64,000 nt of DNA from Candidatus Bathyarchaeia archaeon (GCA_038820405.1 JAWAXL010000001.1:1208-65207); one strand, 5' to 3'. Counted from the first letter of the stretch, positions 48,261 to 57,775 are shown. Notes: generated by a model not told the origin, from the sequence alone. Made by a program: numbers and translations.

Positions 48261-49244
48261 ATGTTAGAAGTTCGAAAAGTGCAAATGACAAAGAGTGGAA
48301 CTTTCTTTATCACTTTGCCTAAAGATTGGGCTATTCGCAATCGCATACATCGAGGCTCGGTTGTCGCAAGCTTGGTAACCCCCGATGATAAAATAATAAT
48401 TGATCCAAGGTATGCATCTGAACCTACGCCTCGAGCAACGGTGGTTAAAATTGGGCCAAATCTTAGTCGTGACGTTGTTGGTAGTTATCTCCTTGGATAC
48501 GATATCATTAAGATTGAGACAAAGGAGAGGATCACGCCTGAGCAAAGAGAAGCAATTAAACAGATACTGAGTCAGCTCATAGGCTTAGAGATAATTGAGG
48601 AAGATCAAAACAAAGTTGTTGTGCAATGTCTCTTGGAACCCTTAGCACTCTCTCCGGAGAAGATTTTACGTCGGGAGCACTTAATTGCGTTGAGCATGTG
48701 CAAGGACTCTGTTACAGCGCTACTTGAGAAAGATGTTTATCTAGCTAAGAATGTTATCGCTAGAGATAATGAGGTTGATAGACTCTATTTCTTACTAATC
48801 AGGATTTTAAGGACAATTATACAGAATCCGAGTCTCGGTGAGAAGTTCAATATTCGCCCAATAGACTGTTTGGACTATAGGTTAGTGGCTAGCTTCGTCG
48901 AGCTAGTGGCCGATCAGTCGTCACAAATAGCTAAGTATGTTGACAAGTTTGCAAACTTAAAATTATCTAATGAATTATTTAGAGTTTTAAGCGACCTTCA
49001 TAAAGTCATCCTTGAAACATATGACGATGCGGTTATATCTTTCCTCTCCCGTAATGTCCATATGGCAGTTTCCGTAAAAGAAAAGGAACCTAATATTAGA
49101 GAATTAATTAGTAGGGTTGAGTCACTAACAGTCACGTTATTTTTTGAGAGAGTGCAGGATCTAATTGTAGTTTTATCTCTAATTAATCGCATATATGATT
49201 ATAGCGCTGATATATCTGACCTAACGATCCCAAAGGAACTTTAG
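48261..49244 (+). CDS. PhoU-domain regulator with N-terminal AbrB/SpoVT-type domain
   Basis: N-terminal VRKVQMTKSGTFFITLPKDWA (swapped-hairpin type) followed by two PhoU-like helical repeats (NEVDRLYFLLIRIL..). Confidence 0.75.
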   Translation: MLEVRKVQMTKSGTFFITLPKDWAIRNRIHRGSVVASLVTPDDKIIIDPRYASEPTPRATVVKIGPNLSRDVVGSYLLGYDIIKIETKERITPEQREAIKQILSQLIGLEIIEEDQNKVVVQCLLEPLALSPEKILRREHLIALSMCKDSVTALLEKDVYLAKNVIARDNEVDRLYFLLIRILRTIIQNPSLGEKFNIRPIDCLDYRLVASFVELVADQSSQIAKYVDKFANLKLSNELFRVLSDLHKVILETYDDAVISFLSRNVHMAVSVKEKEPNIRELISRVESLTVTLFFERVQDLIVVLSLINRIYDYSADISDLTIPKEL

Positions 49245-49280
49245 CCGTAGGCGCACTCGCTATAGAGGTGCTGGCAAGAC

Positions 49281-49577
49281 CTAGAATATCTCTTTTTCTC
49301 CAATTTTTCTAAGAACTTTCCCTCTAACTTTTATTGCTGGAACTTCCTCATTCTCGGGGCCTTTCTCAATAGTTATCCTCTTTAGGGTCTCGCCGCAAAT
49401 GCCTTGTGGAAGTAGGCGTCTGGTTATACACATTGCGTAATTGCAGTTTATAGGGTTGCATGGTTCCTCAGTTAATCGGCACCATGGATTTTTCCCACGG
49501 AATACTAGAAAGCCCTTTCCGCACTTAAATTTACCACATTTAGAAGAGCACTTTCTTACCCCAAACAATACAGACAC
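49281..49577 (-). CDS. small cysteine-rich protein, function unknown
   Basis: 98 aa with 10 Cys in the first 60 residues (CSSKCGKFKCGKG..WCRLTEEPCNPINCNYAMC..ICG) and a lysine-rich tail. No family assigned confidently. Confidence 0.4.
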   Translation of the reverse strand: MSVLFGVRKCSSKCGKFKCGKGFLVFRGKNPWCRLTEEPCNPINCNYAMCITRRLLPQGICGETLKRITIEKGPENEEVPAIKVRGKVLRKIGEKEIF

Positions 49578-49719
49578 AACCCGAGAGGGGGAAAGCTTTC
49601 AATAGCATCATACGTTTCCTTCAATTTTTTTGGTTAAATATAATTGGTTAATAAACTTTTCTAAACGTTATGTCGAAGGGTATTAAGATAAACATGGTAA
49701 TGTGAAAAATGTTGACTTA

Positions 49720-50643
49720 TTAAAGACACTCTTTAACGATTAATTTAGCGAGTCTTACTTTATCTTCTAAGGTTCTCATTATAGTGTCAGTTAAGATAAC
49801 TCTTATTCCAAGACTCTCTATCTTTTCCTTTTCTCCCTTGTCTGCATAGTCTAAAACAAAGGTGTTTAAAAAATCCCTATATAAATATGCTGCCGAGTAT
49901 GCTGAGACTTCTAGCCCAAGCCCCCTCATAAGTTTGTCTGCAGGACCCTTTATTGGCGCTCCCGCCACTATTGGGCTTATCGCCACTTTAGAAGCCCTGC
50001 TGATTCTCAGGGCCTCCCTTAAACCCTTAATGGATAATATTGTGCCTATACTTACGATTGGATTACTTGGACAGATAATTATTAGTTTGCCGCCGAGTAT
50101 GGCTTCAATAACACCTTCAGCTGGTTTAGCGCTCTCAGCGCCTAGATACTTTACCCCAAGAACCTTATCCCTAGCACCCCTTTTAACAAGATATTCCTGG
50201 AAGTGCATTAATCCAGCATCAGTTTCGATCCAGGTCTCAAATCTATCGTCAGTCATCGGTATTATATTAGCCCTTACACCTAGGCTCTTACAGATTTCCT
50301 TTGTTGCTTGAGAAAGTTTTAGCCCCTTTTTTAGGAGGAGGGTTCTATGGATATGTGTTGCAAGGTCTCTGTCGCCTAAATTGAACCATATCTCGTAACC
50401 ATATCTCCGCAACATCTCTAGGCAATGGAAAGTATCGTTTTTTATACCCCAACCCTTCTCCTCATCAACTATGCCAGCTAGGGTGTAGGTTATTATGTCT
50501 AGGTCTGGTGAAATGTGCAGTCCATAGAGCTCTATGTCATCTCCTGTATTAACGATCACTGTTAACTTTTCCTCAGGGATCACCCTAACAAGCCCTGAGA
50601 GAAATTTTGCTGCGCCCACACCGCCAGCCAAAGCTGTTATCAT
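49720..50643 (-). CDS. cofD: 2-phospho-L-lactate (or EPPG) transferase CofD, F420 biosynthesis
   Basis: MITALAGGVGAAKFL..VIVNTGDD..HISPDLD is the CofD N-terminal signature. ATG 50643 follows GGGGAG and overlaps the upstream gene's TGA (ATGA). The track start 50658 is a TTG. Confidence 0.88.
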   Translation of the reverse strand: MITALAGGVGAAKFLSGLVRVIPEEKLTVIVNTGDDIELYGLHISPDLDIITYTLAGIVDEEKGWGIKNDTFHCLEMLRRYGYEIWFNLGDRDLATHIHRTLLLKKGLKLSQATKEICKSLGVRANIIPMTDDRFETWIETDAGLMHFQEYLVKRGARDKVLGVKYLGAESAKPAEGVIEAILGGKLIIICPSNPIVSIGTILSIKGLREALRISRASKVAISPIVAGAPIKGPADKLMRGLGLEVSAYSAAYLYRDFLNTFVLDYADKGEKEKIESLGIRVILTDTIMRTLEDKVRLAKLIVKECL

Positions 50644-51326
50644 AGACTGACTCCCCAATAATCTTTAAAGGCTATTTCTTTAAGTGGTTTTCTGGATGGC
50701 GGCTCGGGGTTCTCGGCTGGATAACCGACTGTTATTAGGGCTTGTGGCTCAATATCACGGGGCATCTTTAAAGTTTTCCTGACGGTTTCTTGACAGAATA
50801 GTGGTGCGCAGAACCAGCATGCGCCTAGCCCCTCGGCGTGAGCGACTAAAAGAATGTTCTGTATTGCGGCGGCTAGGCTCTGCGTCGCCATTAAATGCTC
50901 AAATCTCTGCCTCCTCCTATCAGGATACCTATGCATCTCCCTCATGGTTATCGCTGCCACTATCAGGATCGGTGCCTCTGAAAAGCGCCTAATGGAGTCC
51001 TCAGTCAGTCTTTTTGTCTCCTCTTGGGGGTGACCATCCCTCTCAAGATCTCTCAGCCAATCTGAGGCCATTGCCTCGGCAAGTTTTTTCTTAACGCTTG
51101 GATCAAATATTACTATGAAGCGCCATGGCTGGGCATTGTGGGCGGATGGAGCCCACCTCGCGGCATCAATTATTCTAAGGATGGCATCTTTCGGGATACC
51201 CCTTGGTAAATAGGATCTGATACTCCTTCTGCCCTCAATAATATCTCTCAAGAATGATGGCATGTTTTCACCATTTAATATGGGAATTGAGTGCTGAGAT
51301 AAATTTGTAATAAATTGATTACTCAT
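50640..51326 (-). CDS. nitroreductase-family flavoprotein (FbiB C-terminal-domain-like?)
   Basis: RRSIRSYLPRGIPKDAILRIIDAARWAPSAHNAQPWRFIVI is the classic nitroreductase fold N-terminus. Translationally coupled to cofD. ATG 51263 is a possible alternative start. Confidence 0.8.
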   Translation of the reverse strand: MSNQFITNLSQHSIPILNGENMPSFLRDIIEGRRSIRSYLPRGIPKDAILRIIDAARWAPSAHNAQPWRFIVIFDPSVKKKLAEAMASDWLRDLERDGHPQEETKRLTEDSIRRFSEAPILIVAAITMREMHRYPDRRRQRFEHLMATQSLAAAIQNILLVAHAEGLGACWFCAPLFCQETVRKTLKMPRDIEPQALITVGYPAENPEPPSRKPLKEIAFKDYWGVSL

Positions 51327-51383
51327 TTTTAAGTAGTTACTCTTAAATATCTAATTAGAAAATTAGAGGAAGGGTGATTAAAT

Positions 51384-51971
51384 ATGAGGACAAAGATGGT
51401 AGCATTTGTATTGATGATGGGTGCGCTTGGAAACGTGCTCTTCGCTATCACGTATTATGTGGGGCAGATAGCTCCAGGGGTTGCCATAGACTTCTCTTTA
51501 CTACCAGCTTATATAGCAGGTCTCTATGGGGGACCATTAATAGGCTTTATATCAGGCTTGCTAGTAGGTATTCTCCCCGGAATAATGTTTGGTCCGATGG
51601 GTATGTGCGGCTGGCTTGGTCTCATCGGCTTACCCATCGGAAAGAGTTTAACAGGCTTGACAGCTGGAATCCTATCAAGGGGCTTACATCTAAGAGAAAA
51701 CAAGAAGTCCTCTCTCCTCGCAATTCCAGCTGCACTTTTGGCCTACGTTCCAGAGGGAGTATTTACATATGCTTTCTTCAAATGGCTACTGCCTCTCTTG
51801 ATTGGAAGTGGAGGAGAAGTGATTTTCATTTATTATATATTACCGAAGGCTCTCGCGGAGATCGTTGTGATTAGCTTCTTCGTGGCTGCGTTACTTGGGA
51901 ATAAGGGCTTCAACGAGTTCTTAGGGGCTTTTATGGGCTCAGAGGATCTGAGAATCTCCCAAAGAGAATAA
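51384..51971 (+). CDS. polytopic membrane protein, ECF-transporter S-component-like
   Basis: 195 aa with 5-6 TM and a Gly-rich helix pattern reminiscent of ECF substrate-capture subunits. The assignment is weak. Confidence 0.4.
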   Translation: MRTKMVAFVLMMGALGNVLFAITYYVGQIAPGVAIDFSLLPAYIAGLYGGPLIGFISGLLVGILPGIMFGPMGMCGWLGLIGLPIGKSLTGLTAGILSRGLHLRENKKSSLLAIPAALLAYVPEGVFTYAFFKWLLPLLIGSGGEVIFIYYILPKALAEIVVISFFVAALLGNKGFNEFLGAFMGSEDLRISQRE

Positions 51972-52877
51972 CTTCCTAATTTTTTGTAACCACTCTGTTA
52001 TCTGCTTATCTAGTGGTTTTGTCTTCCGCCGCCGCATCCTAGGTTTAAGTGGGTATCCACCCACCGCTTTATAGGCTGCCTCCGCAAGCTTGTCAGCTTC
52101 CCCCTCCTTGAATTCGCGCCACATTGGATCATGCCTAAAATCTTGGGGATCAATCCACTTTGGGGTGAATTTATTGAGATCCTCCGGCTTCATGCAGATG
52201 CATACTATATTTAATTCTCTATGGAGGCTTAGTGGGCATGTGAAGATCCTTGCTGGGTCCATCTTGTTCTCCACTTTTATTTCGCCCTTTATGCAGAGTT
52301 CGATGAGGTTTTGGGTTAGCTTTGTGTTCACATATTCGACTATTGCGTATGCTATGTCTAGTGGGCTGTATTTTTCGAGTAGGTTTTCTGAGATGCTCCT
52401 CTCATTTATGTGTATGTGGCAGCCGTTTCCAGACCACTTGACATATATGGACTCCTTGATCCCCCAACCTCTTAAAAATCCTAGAATTTTTCCAGCAATT
52501 TGGATGGTGTCCCTCCATCTTAGGAGGCTGCTGTCGATGTCCCATGTGGGTGTGCAATAAATTATGTTCTCTTGGTTGTAGGGATCTAGCTGATCCTCGA
52601 TCCTCTTATAGATGTTGGCGGTGGCGTAAATGGATCTCATCGTCATACGACCACTTAACACCTTTAGATCCTCGGCATCCGCCATTTTTATCGGCTTGCC
52701 AGAAATATATCTCCTTAGAACTAGTTTTCCTGTGGGGCTTAGGCAGTGTACTGCAGCCCACCTTCCCCTACAGAAATCAATTATCTCCTTCTGGACGTCG
52801 CTGCGTGAGTAGTGCTCATGTATAATGCTCGTGAAATTTGTCTTGGCCATAGAATCCACTACCAGCTTATCCTTCAC
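51939..52877 (-). CDS. archaeo-eukaryotic primase (AEP) superfamily protein, PriS-like
   Basis: AEP catalytic motifs in order: motif I TPTWDIDSS (DxD), motif II KWSGNGCHIHI (sGxGxH), motif III KMDPARIFTCPLSLH. 312 aa with no Zn-knuckle insert. Confidence 0.55.
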   Translation of the reverse strand: MKDKLVVDSMAKTNFTSIIHEHYSRSDVQKEIIDFCRGRWAAVHCLSPTGKLVLRRYISGKPIKMADAEDLKVLSGRMTMRSIYATANIYKRIEDQLDPYNQENIIYCTPTWDIDSSLLRWRDTIQIAGKILGFLRGWGIKESIYVKWSGNGCHIHINERSISENLLEKYSPLDIAYAIVEYVNTKLTQNLIELCIKGEIKVENKMDPARIFTCPLSLHRELNIVCICMKPEDLNKFTPKWIDPQDFRHDPMWREFKEGEADKLAEAAYKAVGGYPLKPRMRRRKTKPLDKQITEWLQKIRKLFSLGDSQIL

Positions 52878-52945
52878 CTATCTGAGAGAACTTTGCATTT
52901 TCTAATATCTACGGCAATATTCCAGTAGTATGTGGTTCCATTAAA

Positions 52946-53701
52946 TTATAGGTGCTTTTTGAACCACTCTATTGCTAGGCCCACTGCCCTATTTAGGTGC
53001 TCAGGATTTGTGAGGGCGTGGTCTGCGCCATCTATTATCTCGATTCTCTTTGGCTCGCGTGCAGCCTCATAGAGCCTCAGCGCATGATCCAACGGAACTA
53101 TTTGGTCTGAGTTCCCATGTATGATTAGGATGGGGGGTGCCTTCTTCACAGTCTCAAGCAGGTTGTATTTCCACAGATCACTATAGAATTTTTCTCTCAA
53201 TCTTTTTCCTGAAGGGAGTATATAATATATTTCCCCGCCACATATGAGTTTAGTCTCACCTAGGCTTGGGATCATGTAGGGCGTCGAGATCGTGACGAGG
53301 GCTCTCACCCCCTCCTCTTGGGCTGCTATGGCAACCATCCCGCCGAAACTCGAGCCTATAACGCCGATCCTCTGGGCATCGATTTTTCCGCTATTTCTTA
53401 GGAGTTGGAGGGCGGCTCTATAATCCTCAATCCTGCCTGTTAGGGTTGTGTCCTCAAACTGACCATCGCTCCTCTCGGATCCCCCGCCGCACCCCCTGAA
53501 GTTGAATCTTAGGCATGCGTAGCCCTCGCTGAGGAGCCTCGAGACTATAGTTAACCACTTGCTGGAATCTTTATGACCCTCTAATCCATGTAGGGTGACT
53601 ATGCATGGCGCCCTAATATATGGTAAATGTAGGTTCCCGAGAATTTTCTGGCCGTCCACATAAAATTCGATAGGGTGGTGATCCATGAAGGAATCCCCCA
53701 T
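52946..53701 (-). CDS. alpha/beta hydrolase (dienelactone hydrolase / S9-like)
   Basis: Nucleophile elbow GSSFGG, HGLEGH oxyanion region, and C-terminal HGNSD..GADH. Confidence 0.8.
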   Translation of the reverse strand: MGDSFMDHHPIEFYVDGQKILGNLHLPYIRAPCIVTLHGLEGHKDSSKWLTIVSRLLSEGYACLRFNFRGCGGGSERSDGQFEDTTLTGRIEDYRAALQLLRNSGKIDAQRIGVIGSSFGGMVAIAAQEEGVRALVTISTPYMIPSLGETKLICGGEIYYILPSGKRLREKFYSDLWKYNLLETVKKAPPILIIHGNSDQIVPLDHALRLYEAAREPKRIEIIDGADHALTNPEHLNRAVGLAIEWFKKHL

Positions 53702-54176
53702 TGATAATATTGTTTAGGTGGGTCTTAGATATGGTTAAGGTTTTCGTAAGTGTCGGCATTAACCTCCCAGCATATTTTGTGGCCCCCCTCAACCTGCCAA
53801 GCCAATCCCTAGCCCTAGAAACCATCGATATCAGCCTTAAACAATTATTTTGCCTAAACAGGATTTAAGATTGCCACACCACATCTTCAGAGTTCAGATT
53901 ATGTTTTCATTCACAATATCTTATTTTTGGCTAGTTCCTCAAGTTTACCGTTACATTTAAATATAACTACTATAGATCATTAATGTGTATTTGAAATATA
54001 TACTGGAAATGTATTAAAATTGAGGCATAAAACTGAATTGTTTAGGACATTTGTGGCAACACTTCTGGCTTTAGCACTCATAATATCATTGTCAGCTGGC
54101 TTAATCGGATCTGCTGGGCTAAATGGAAACCTCAAATCAACCGAAAAAATATGAAAGGGAGGTAAAGAGTGTGAAT

Positions 54177-55865
54177 ATGAAGTATGGTAGGATGTTTGTA
54201 TTGCTGTTGGCTGTAATATTAATGCTCTCAACGCTACTTATAGCGGTTCCAGTAGCAAGAGGTGAAGGAGATACTGTAGCCCAAGCTGCAGCGGAGGCTA
54301 AGGAAGTAGCTGAGTGTGATGGGGAAGACCCAATACACATATACTATCAGGGAAACAAGATTTCAAATCCGCCAGAACCAATTGTTTGGACGGGGCCATG
54401 CACAGCAGAATCATTTACATTTACCGTTGTGGTTCAGTGGGATAGTTTGCCTGATCCGAAGAAAGTTAATTGGTGCTCTGTTCAGATGGTTGAGAAATCA
54501 AGCTTTGGAATAACTTTTGTTCCATCCAGCACTACATTATATAACCCATCGCCCAACAGCATAACAGTGGAGGTGACGGTCCCCGTTGCAGGCCTGCTCC
54601 CAGGAACCTATGAAGCAAATATATACACAGACGTTACTGATCAAGGCCCTGAGAAAACGCCTAAGGTTGCTGGAACAAACGGATACTTCCAGTTCGTGAA
54701 AGAATCATGTGTTCCTCCAGCAAAATACTATTTGGTTGTTCAAACAGACCCTTCTGGCATTGTGGAGATTCCAGGTTCAGGCACCTATGAGAATTGTACT
54801 TATGTTGAGTTGACAGCGCCCGAGTTTGTTCCAAGCGAGGAAGGCGAAAATGGGTTCCGCTACAGGTTTGATTATTGGGATGTTGACGGCAAGGTTGTTG
54901 AGGGCAACCCAATAACAGTACACATGGACGCCAACCACGTGGCAACAGCCCACTACACCCCCGAATATTACCTAACCGTTATCTCGCCATATGGCACAGT
55001 GGGCGGTGCAGGCTGGTATTCAAATGGATCAACAGCGTATGCAACGCTTGATACGGGCATGGTTGATCATGGAAATGGAACAAGAAGGGTCTTCACGCAT
55101 TGGAGCGAAGATGCGTCTGGAACAAACTACGCCCAAAGCAACCCAATAACAATGAATGAATCAAAGACAGCAATAGCAAACTGGAAGACACAGTATAGGC
55201 TCTTTGTCAGCATATCGCCAGATAATCTGGGGATAGGTAATATAACAATAAGCCCAACTGGCGATGATCCGGCAGGGACGGAAACTGGACAAGCTACTAG
55301 TATTGACAGTTGCACATGGGTTAATTTGACGGCTCCAAATAAAATCTATGTTTCAGCATATCAATATTATCCGTTTTCACAATGGACTATTGACTCAGAG
55401 ACAAACAGCTCATTGAGCATAATGGTTCACATGGACTCCCCCAAGAATATTACAGCTGAATACGGACTATTAGCAGCCGAGACATATACCATAACCTTTA
55501 AAGTTAATGGCGTCGGCAAAGACTATACTGGCATAATTCTAACAGTACAAACTAAAATTAATGGAGAAATACATAACTATGCTTATACTTTAGCTAATAT
55601 CAGCTCAGCAGTATTTGATCTACCAGTCGGCGCAAACGTAACCTTCACCTGGTATTCTCCGCTCCCAGTGGTCTCTGGAACGACTGGGAGAATCACAAAA
55701 CAATATGTTTGGTATAAAACGACTGGACTATCACAAGGGCGGAGCGGCACGATAACTGTTACATCGTCTGGCGAGATAATTGGATACTATATGAAGATGA
55801 AGCCGCCGCCTCCGCCAGCTGGCGTCGGGGGATGCAAAACATTAACCAACCGATCCAGAAGATAG
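54177..55865 (+). CDS. secreted repeat protein with divergent InlB-B-repeat-like beta domains
   Basis: Signal/anchor MKYGRMFVLLLAVILMLSTLLIAVPVARGEG. Repeated ~80-aa units have the pattern Y.L.V...P.G.V.G.G.Y..G..v.L.A....G..F..W......S..I.M.....A.Y. Proline run near the C-terminus. In-frame GTG 54171 or ATG 54123 are alternative starts. Confidence 0.6.
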   Translation: MKYGRMFVLLLAVILMLSTLLIAVPVARGEGDTVAQAAAEAKEVAECDGEDPIHIYYQGNKISNPPEPIVWTGPCTAESFTFTVVVQWDSLPDPKKVNWCSVQMVEKSSFGITFVPSSTTLYNPSPNSITVEVTVPVAGLLPGTYEANIYTDVTDQGPEKTPKVAGTNGYFQFVKESCVPPAKYYLVVQTDPSGIVEIPGSGTYENCTYVELTAPEFVPSEEGENGFRYRFDYWDVDGKVVEGNPITVHMDANHVATAHYTPEYYLTVISPYGTVGGAGWYSNGSTAYATLDTGMVDHGNGTRRVFTHWSEDASGTNYAQSNPITMNESKTAIANWKTQYRLFVSISPDNLGIGNITISPTGDDPAGTETGQATSIDSCTWVNLTAPNKIYVSAYQYYPFSQWTIDSETNSSLSIMVHMDSPKNITAEYGLLAAETYTITFKVNGVGKDYTGIILTVQTKINGEIHNYAYTLANISSAVFDLPVGANVTFTWYSPLPVVSGTTGRITKQYVWYKTTGLSQGRSGTITVTSSGEIIGYYMKMKPPPPPAGVGGCKTLTNRSRR

Positions 55866-56091
55866 AAAGAGGAAAAATAAACCACTAATCCACCCTATTT
55901 TTCTCTTAAGCTCCATTCTAGCCGAAGCTGAAGGTAAACTACAAACAATTAAATCTTTTATATTTCTGACTCCAAAATTATCTCGTGGTCTCCCTTGGCT
56001 AGGGTTGGAAGCGCTAGGCTACTAACATATAAGCATATTGGGAGAGTATATAGCCTAGAAATCCTCAGGAAAATTTTAGAGGAGTCAGAAG

Positions 56092-56532
56092 TTGCCCATA
56101 AGGGTAAGGGCGAAGATTAAGAGCCTAAAGGGATTGAGGGTCGGAAGCAGCATCGAAACCAGCACACTCCTAAATACCGGGTATACTGGAGCCTCACCTG
56201 AGATAATCGTGCCAATTAGATTAGCTGAGAAGCTAGGCTTATGGCCGCCGCCAAACGGAGCAATAGAATCCACATATGATACCGCTGGAGGCCCAGCAAG
56301 GTTCTATATCATTAGAGAGGCGGCAATACTACAGGTAATCGGAGAGGACTCAGTCTTAAAAGAACTCGTGGTAGACATAGTTATCTCACCAATGGAGAGG
56401 GAAGTACTACTAAGTGACTACGTGATAGGCGAGCTGGAAATAATCATACTAAACGCATACAAAGGCACATGGAAATTCCAAACTGACCCACAAGAAAAGA
56501 TAAGATGCAGCGAAAAACCAGAACTCTGGTAA
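56092..56532 (+). CDS. retropepsin-like (clan AA) fold protein with Asn in place of catalytic Asp
   Basis: 146 aa, TTG start after GAGGAG. ETSTLLNTGYTGASPEIIVPIRLAEKLGL parallels the hhhDTGa...lp...a..LGL motif of small archaeal/bacterial clan AA proteases, but reads NTG. Confidence 0.35.
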   Translation: MPIRVRAKIKSLKGLRVGSSIETSTLLNTGYTGASPEIIVPIRLAEKLGLWPPPNGAIESTYDTAGGPARFYIIREAAILQVIGEDSVLKELVVDIVISPMEREVLLSDYVIGELEIIILNAYKGTWKFQTDPQEKIRCSEKPELW

Positions 56533-56566
56533 AAAAAGGAAAAGAGCAGATTTGGATAAGACTTCT

Positions 56567-57682
56567 TTAGCCTAACACTCTACGCTGGAGGATCAGCCTA
56601 AATCTTCGAAAAGCCCTGTGCGCAGCGAAACCAAAAAGCACACATGAGACCACTAATATAGGCCACAGATTAGCCAGCGTTAAGCCATCCGAATCGAGTG
56701 CATAAGCCGAGTCAACAATGAATCCACCAACAGGCCTAGGCGGAAGAACCCAAATATACGCTGTAACACTAATTTTCTCATCAGGTTTTAGAGTTGTTGG
56801 CCCCCAGTAATATGCTACGGCACTATCAAGATTAGTGTCAGCAATCTGCCGGCTTGGGTTGATAGTGTAACACCAGCTGTTATTGTAAAGCCCTGACGGA
56901 CCCCACGCTCCAAAAATGAAATTGTCTGGTCGGCTTGGGCTGAGCATTGAAGGCTCTGTGATCGAGCCGCAGACTATTAGTGTTGGATCCGCTGGGTTGT
57001 CCGTTGCCTCCCAATACTTAAAATTTGGCTGAGACCATATATGCTCAGAGTTAAGCCAACCTGATGTTGGATTAACAGCCCTAAGCCATGAGCCATCATT
57101 CCACGCAACCTTAAGATCCCAGAGATAGCGAATACCAACATTATAGAAATACGTGTTATTAGTATTCCTGACGGTCATCGTTATCCTAACATAAGTATCC
57201 ATCCAATTTGAGCCCAAAACCTCAATATCCTGAGTTACATTAAGCCCCTCAGGTGTACTCCACCGAATAACCATCCTTGTCTGGGTTAATTCAATTTGTG
57301 GGCTAACGTTATCTAGAATGCATAGGGAGAAGCCCGTGCAAGAATTTATATTGACTGTATCGCTCTCAGTTATATAATCCTTCTTAACCCCTATAGTTTC
57401 ATTGAGTATGTGAACAGTGTTATATGATGTCCAGGCATCGCCATCAACACCAAACTGTAGAACATCCTGATCTGGAACTGGATGATATGGCCCAGTACAA
57501 ATAGTATATGTTCCAACGCCATCATAACCAGTTTCATTCTCAATGTAGACTGTTAGTATACCATTACTTATGGAGACCTCAGACCCACCTCCATCACCAG
57601 CATAAACCAGAGCTGGGACAAGTGAAAAGACAGCTAATAGAAGGAATATTGATAGAAGAGCCTTAAAATCAATTTGCCCCAT
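56567..57682 (-). CDS. surface protein with N-terminal signal peptide and C-terminal TM anchor, many N-glycosylation sequons
   Basis: Signal LLSIFLLLAVFSLVPALVYAGDGGG. C-terminal LWPILVVSCVLFGFAAHRAFRRFR. At least 8 N-x-S/T sequons. No family recognised. Confidence 0.55.
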   Translation of the reverse strand: MGQIDFKALLSIFLLLAVFSLVPALVYAGDGGGSEVSISNGILTVYIENETGYDGVGTYTICTGPYHPVPDQDVLQFGVDGDAWTSYNTVHILNETIGVKKDYITESDTVNINSCTGFSLCILDNVSPQIELTQTRMVIRWSTPEGLNVTQDIEVLGSNWMDTYVRITMTVRNTNNTYFYNVGIRYLWDLKVAWNDGSWLRAVNPTSGWLNSEHIWSQPNFKYWEATDNPADPTLIVCGSITEPSMLSPSRPDNFIFGAWGPSGLYNNSWCYTINPSRQIADTNLDSAVAYYWGPTTLKPDEKISVTAYIWVLPPRPVGGFIVDSAYALDSDGLTLANLWPILVVSCVLFGFAAHRAFRRFRLILQRRVLG

Positions 57683-57775
57683 ATAAACAACACCTATCTA
57701 GCTCAAACAGACTAATATTCTATTATCTAAGGGCATTAAGACTTTTCATAAGCTACTCGCCTTAGGCACCCCTCT

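Noticed and set aside
51374-51874. 166-aa ORF in an alternative frame of the membrane protein gene
   Set aside because: It is Arg/Ser/Cys-rich with no structure-like pattern. The overlapping frame 51384..51971 gives clean transmembrane helices.
52090-52825. Plus-strand ORFs 52090..52560, 52544..52825 and 52630..52812
   Set aside because: They are antisense to the AEP primase-like gene, which carries ordered catalytic motifs.
54038-54154. 38-codon TTG-started ORF encoding a signal-peptide-like sequence (FRTFVATLLALALIISLSAGLIGSAGLNGN..) just upstream of the secreted repeat protein
   Set aside because: It is in a different frame from the downstream gene, has only a weak SD, and is very short. 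It is possibly a relic N-terminus, but I cannot support it as a gene.
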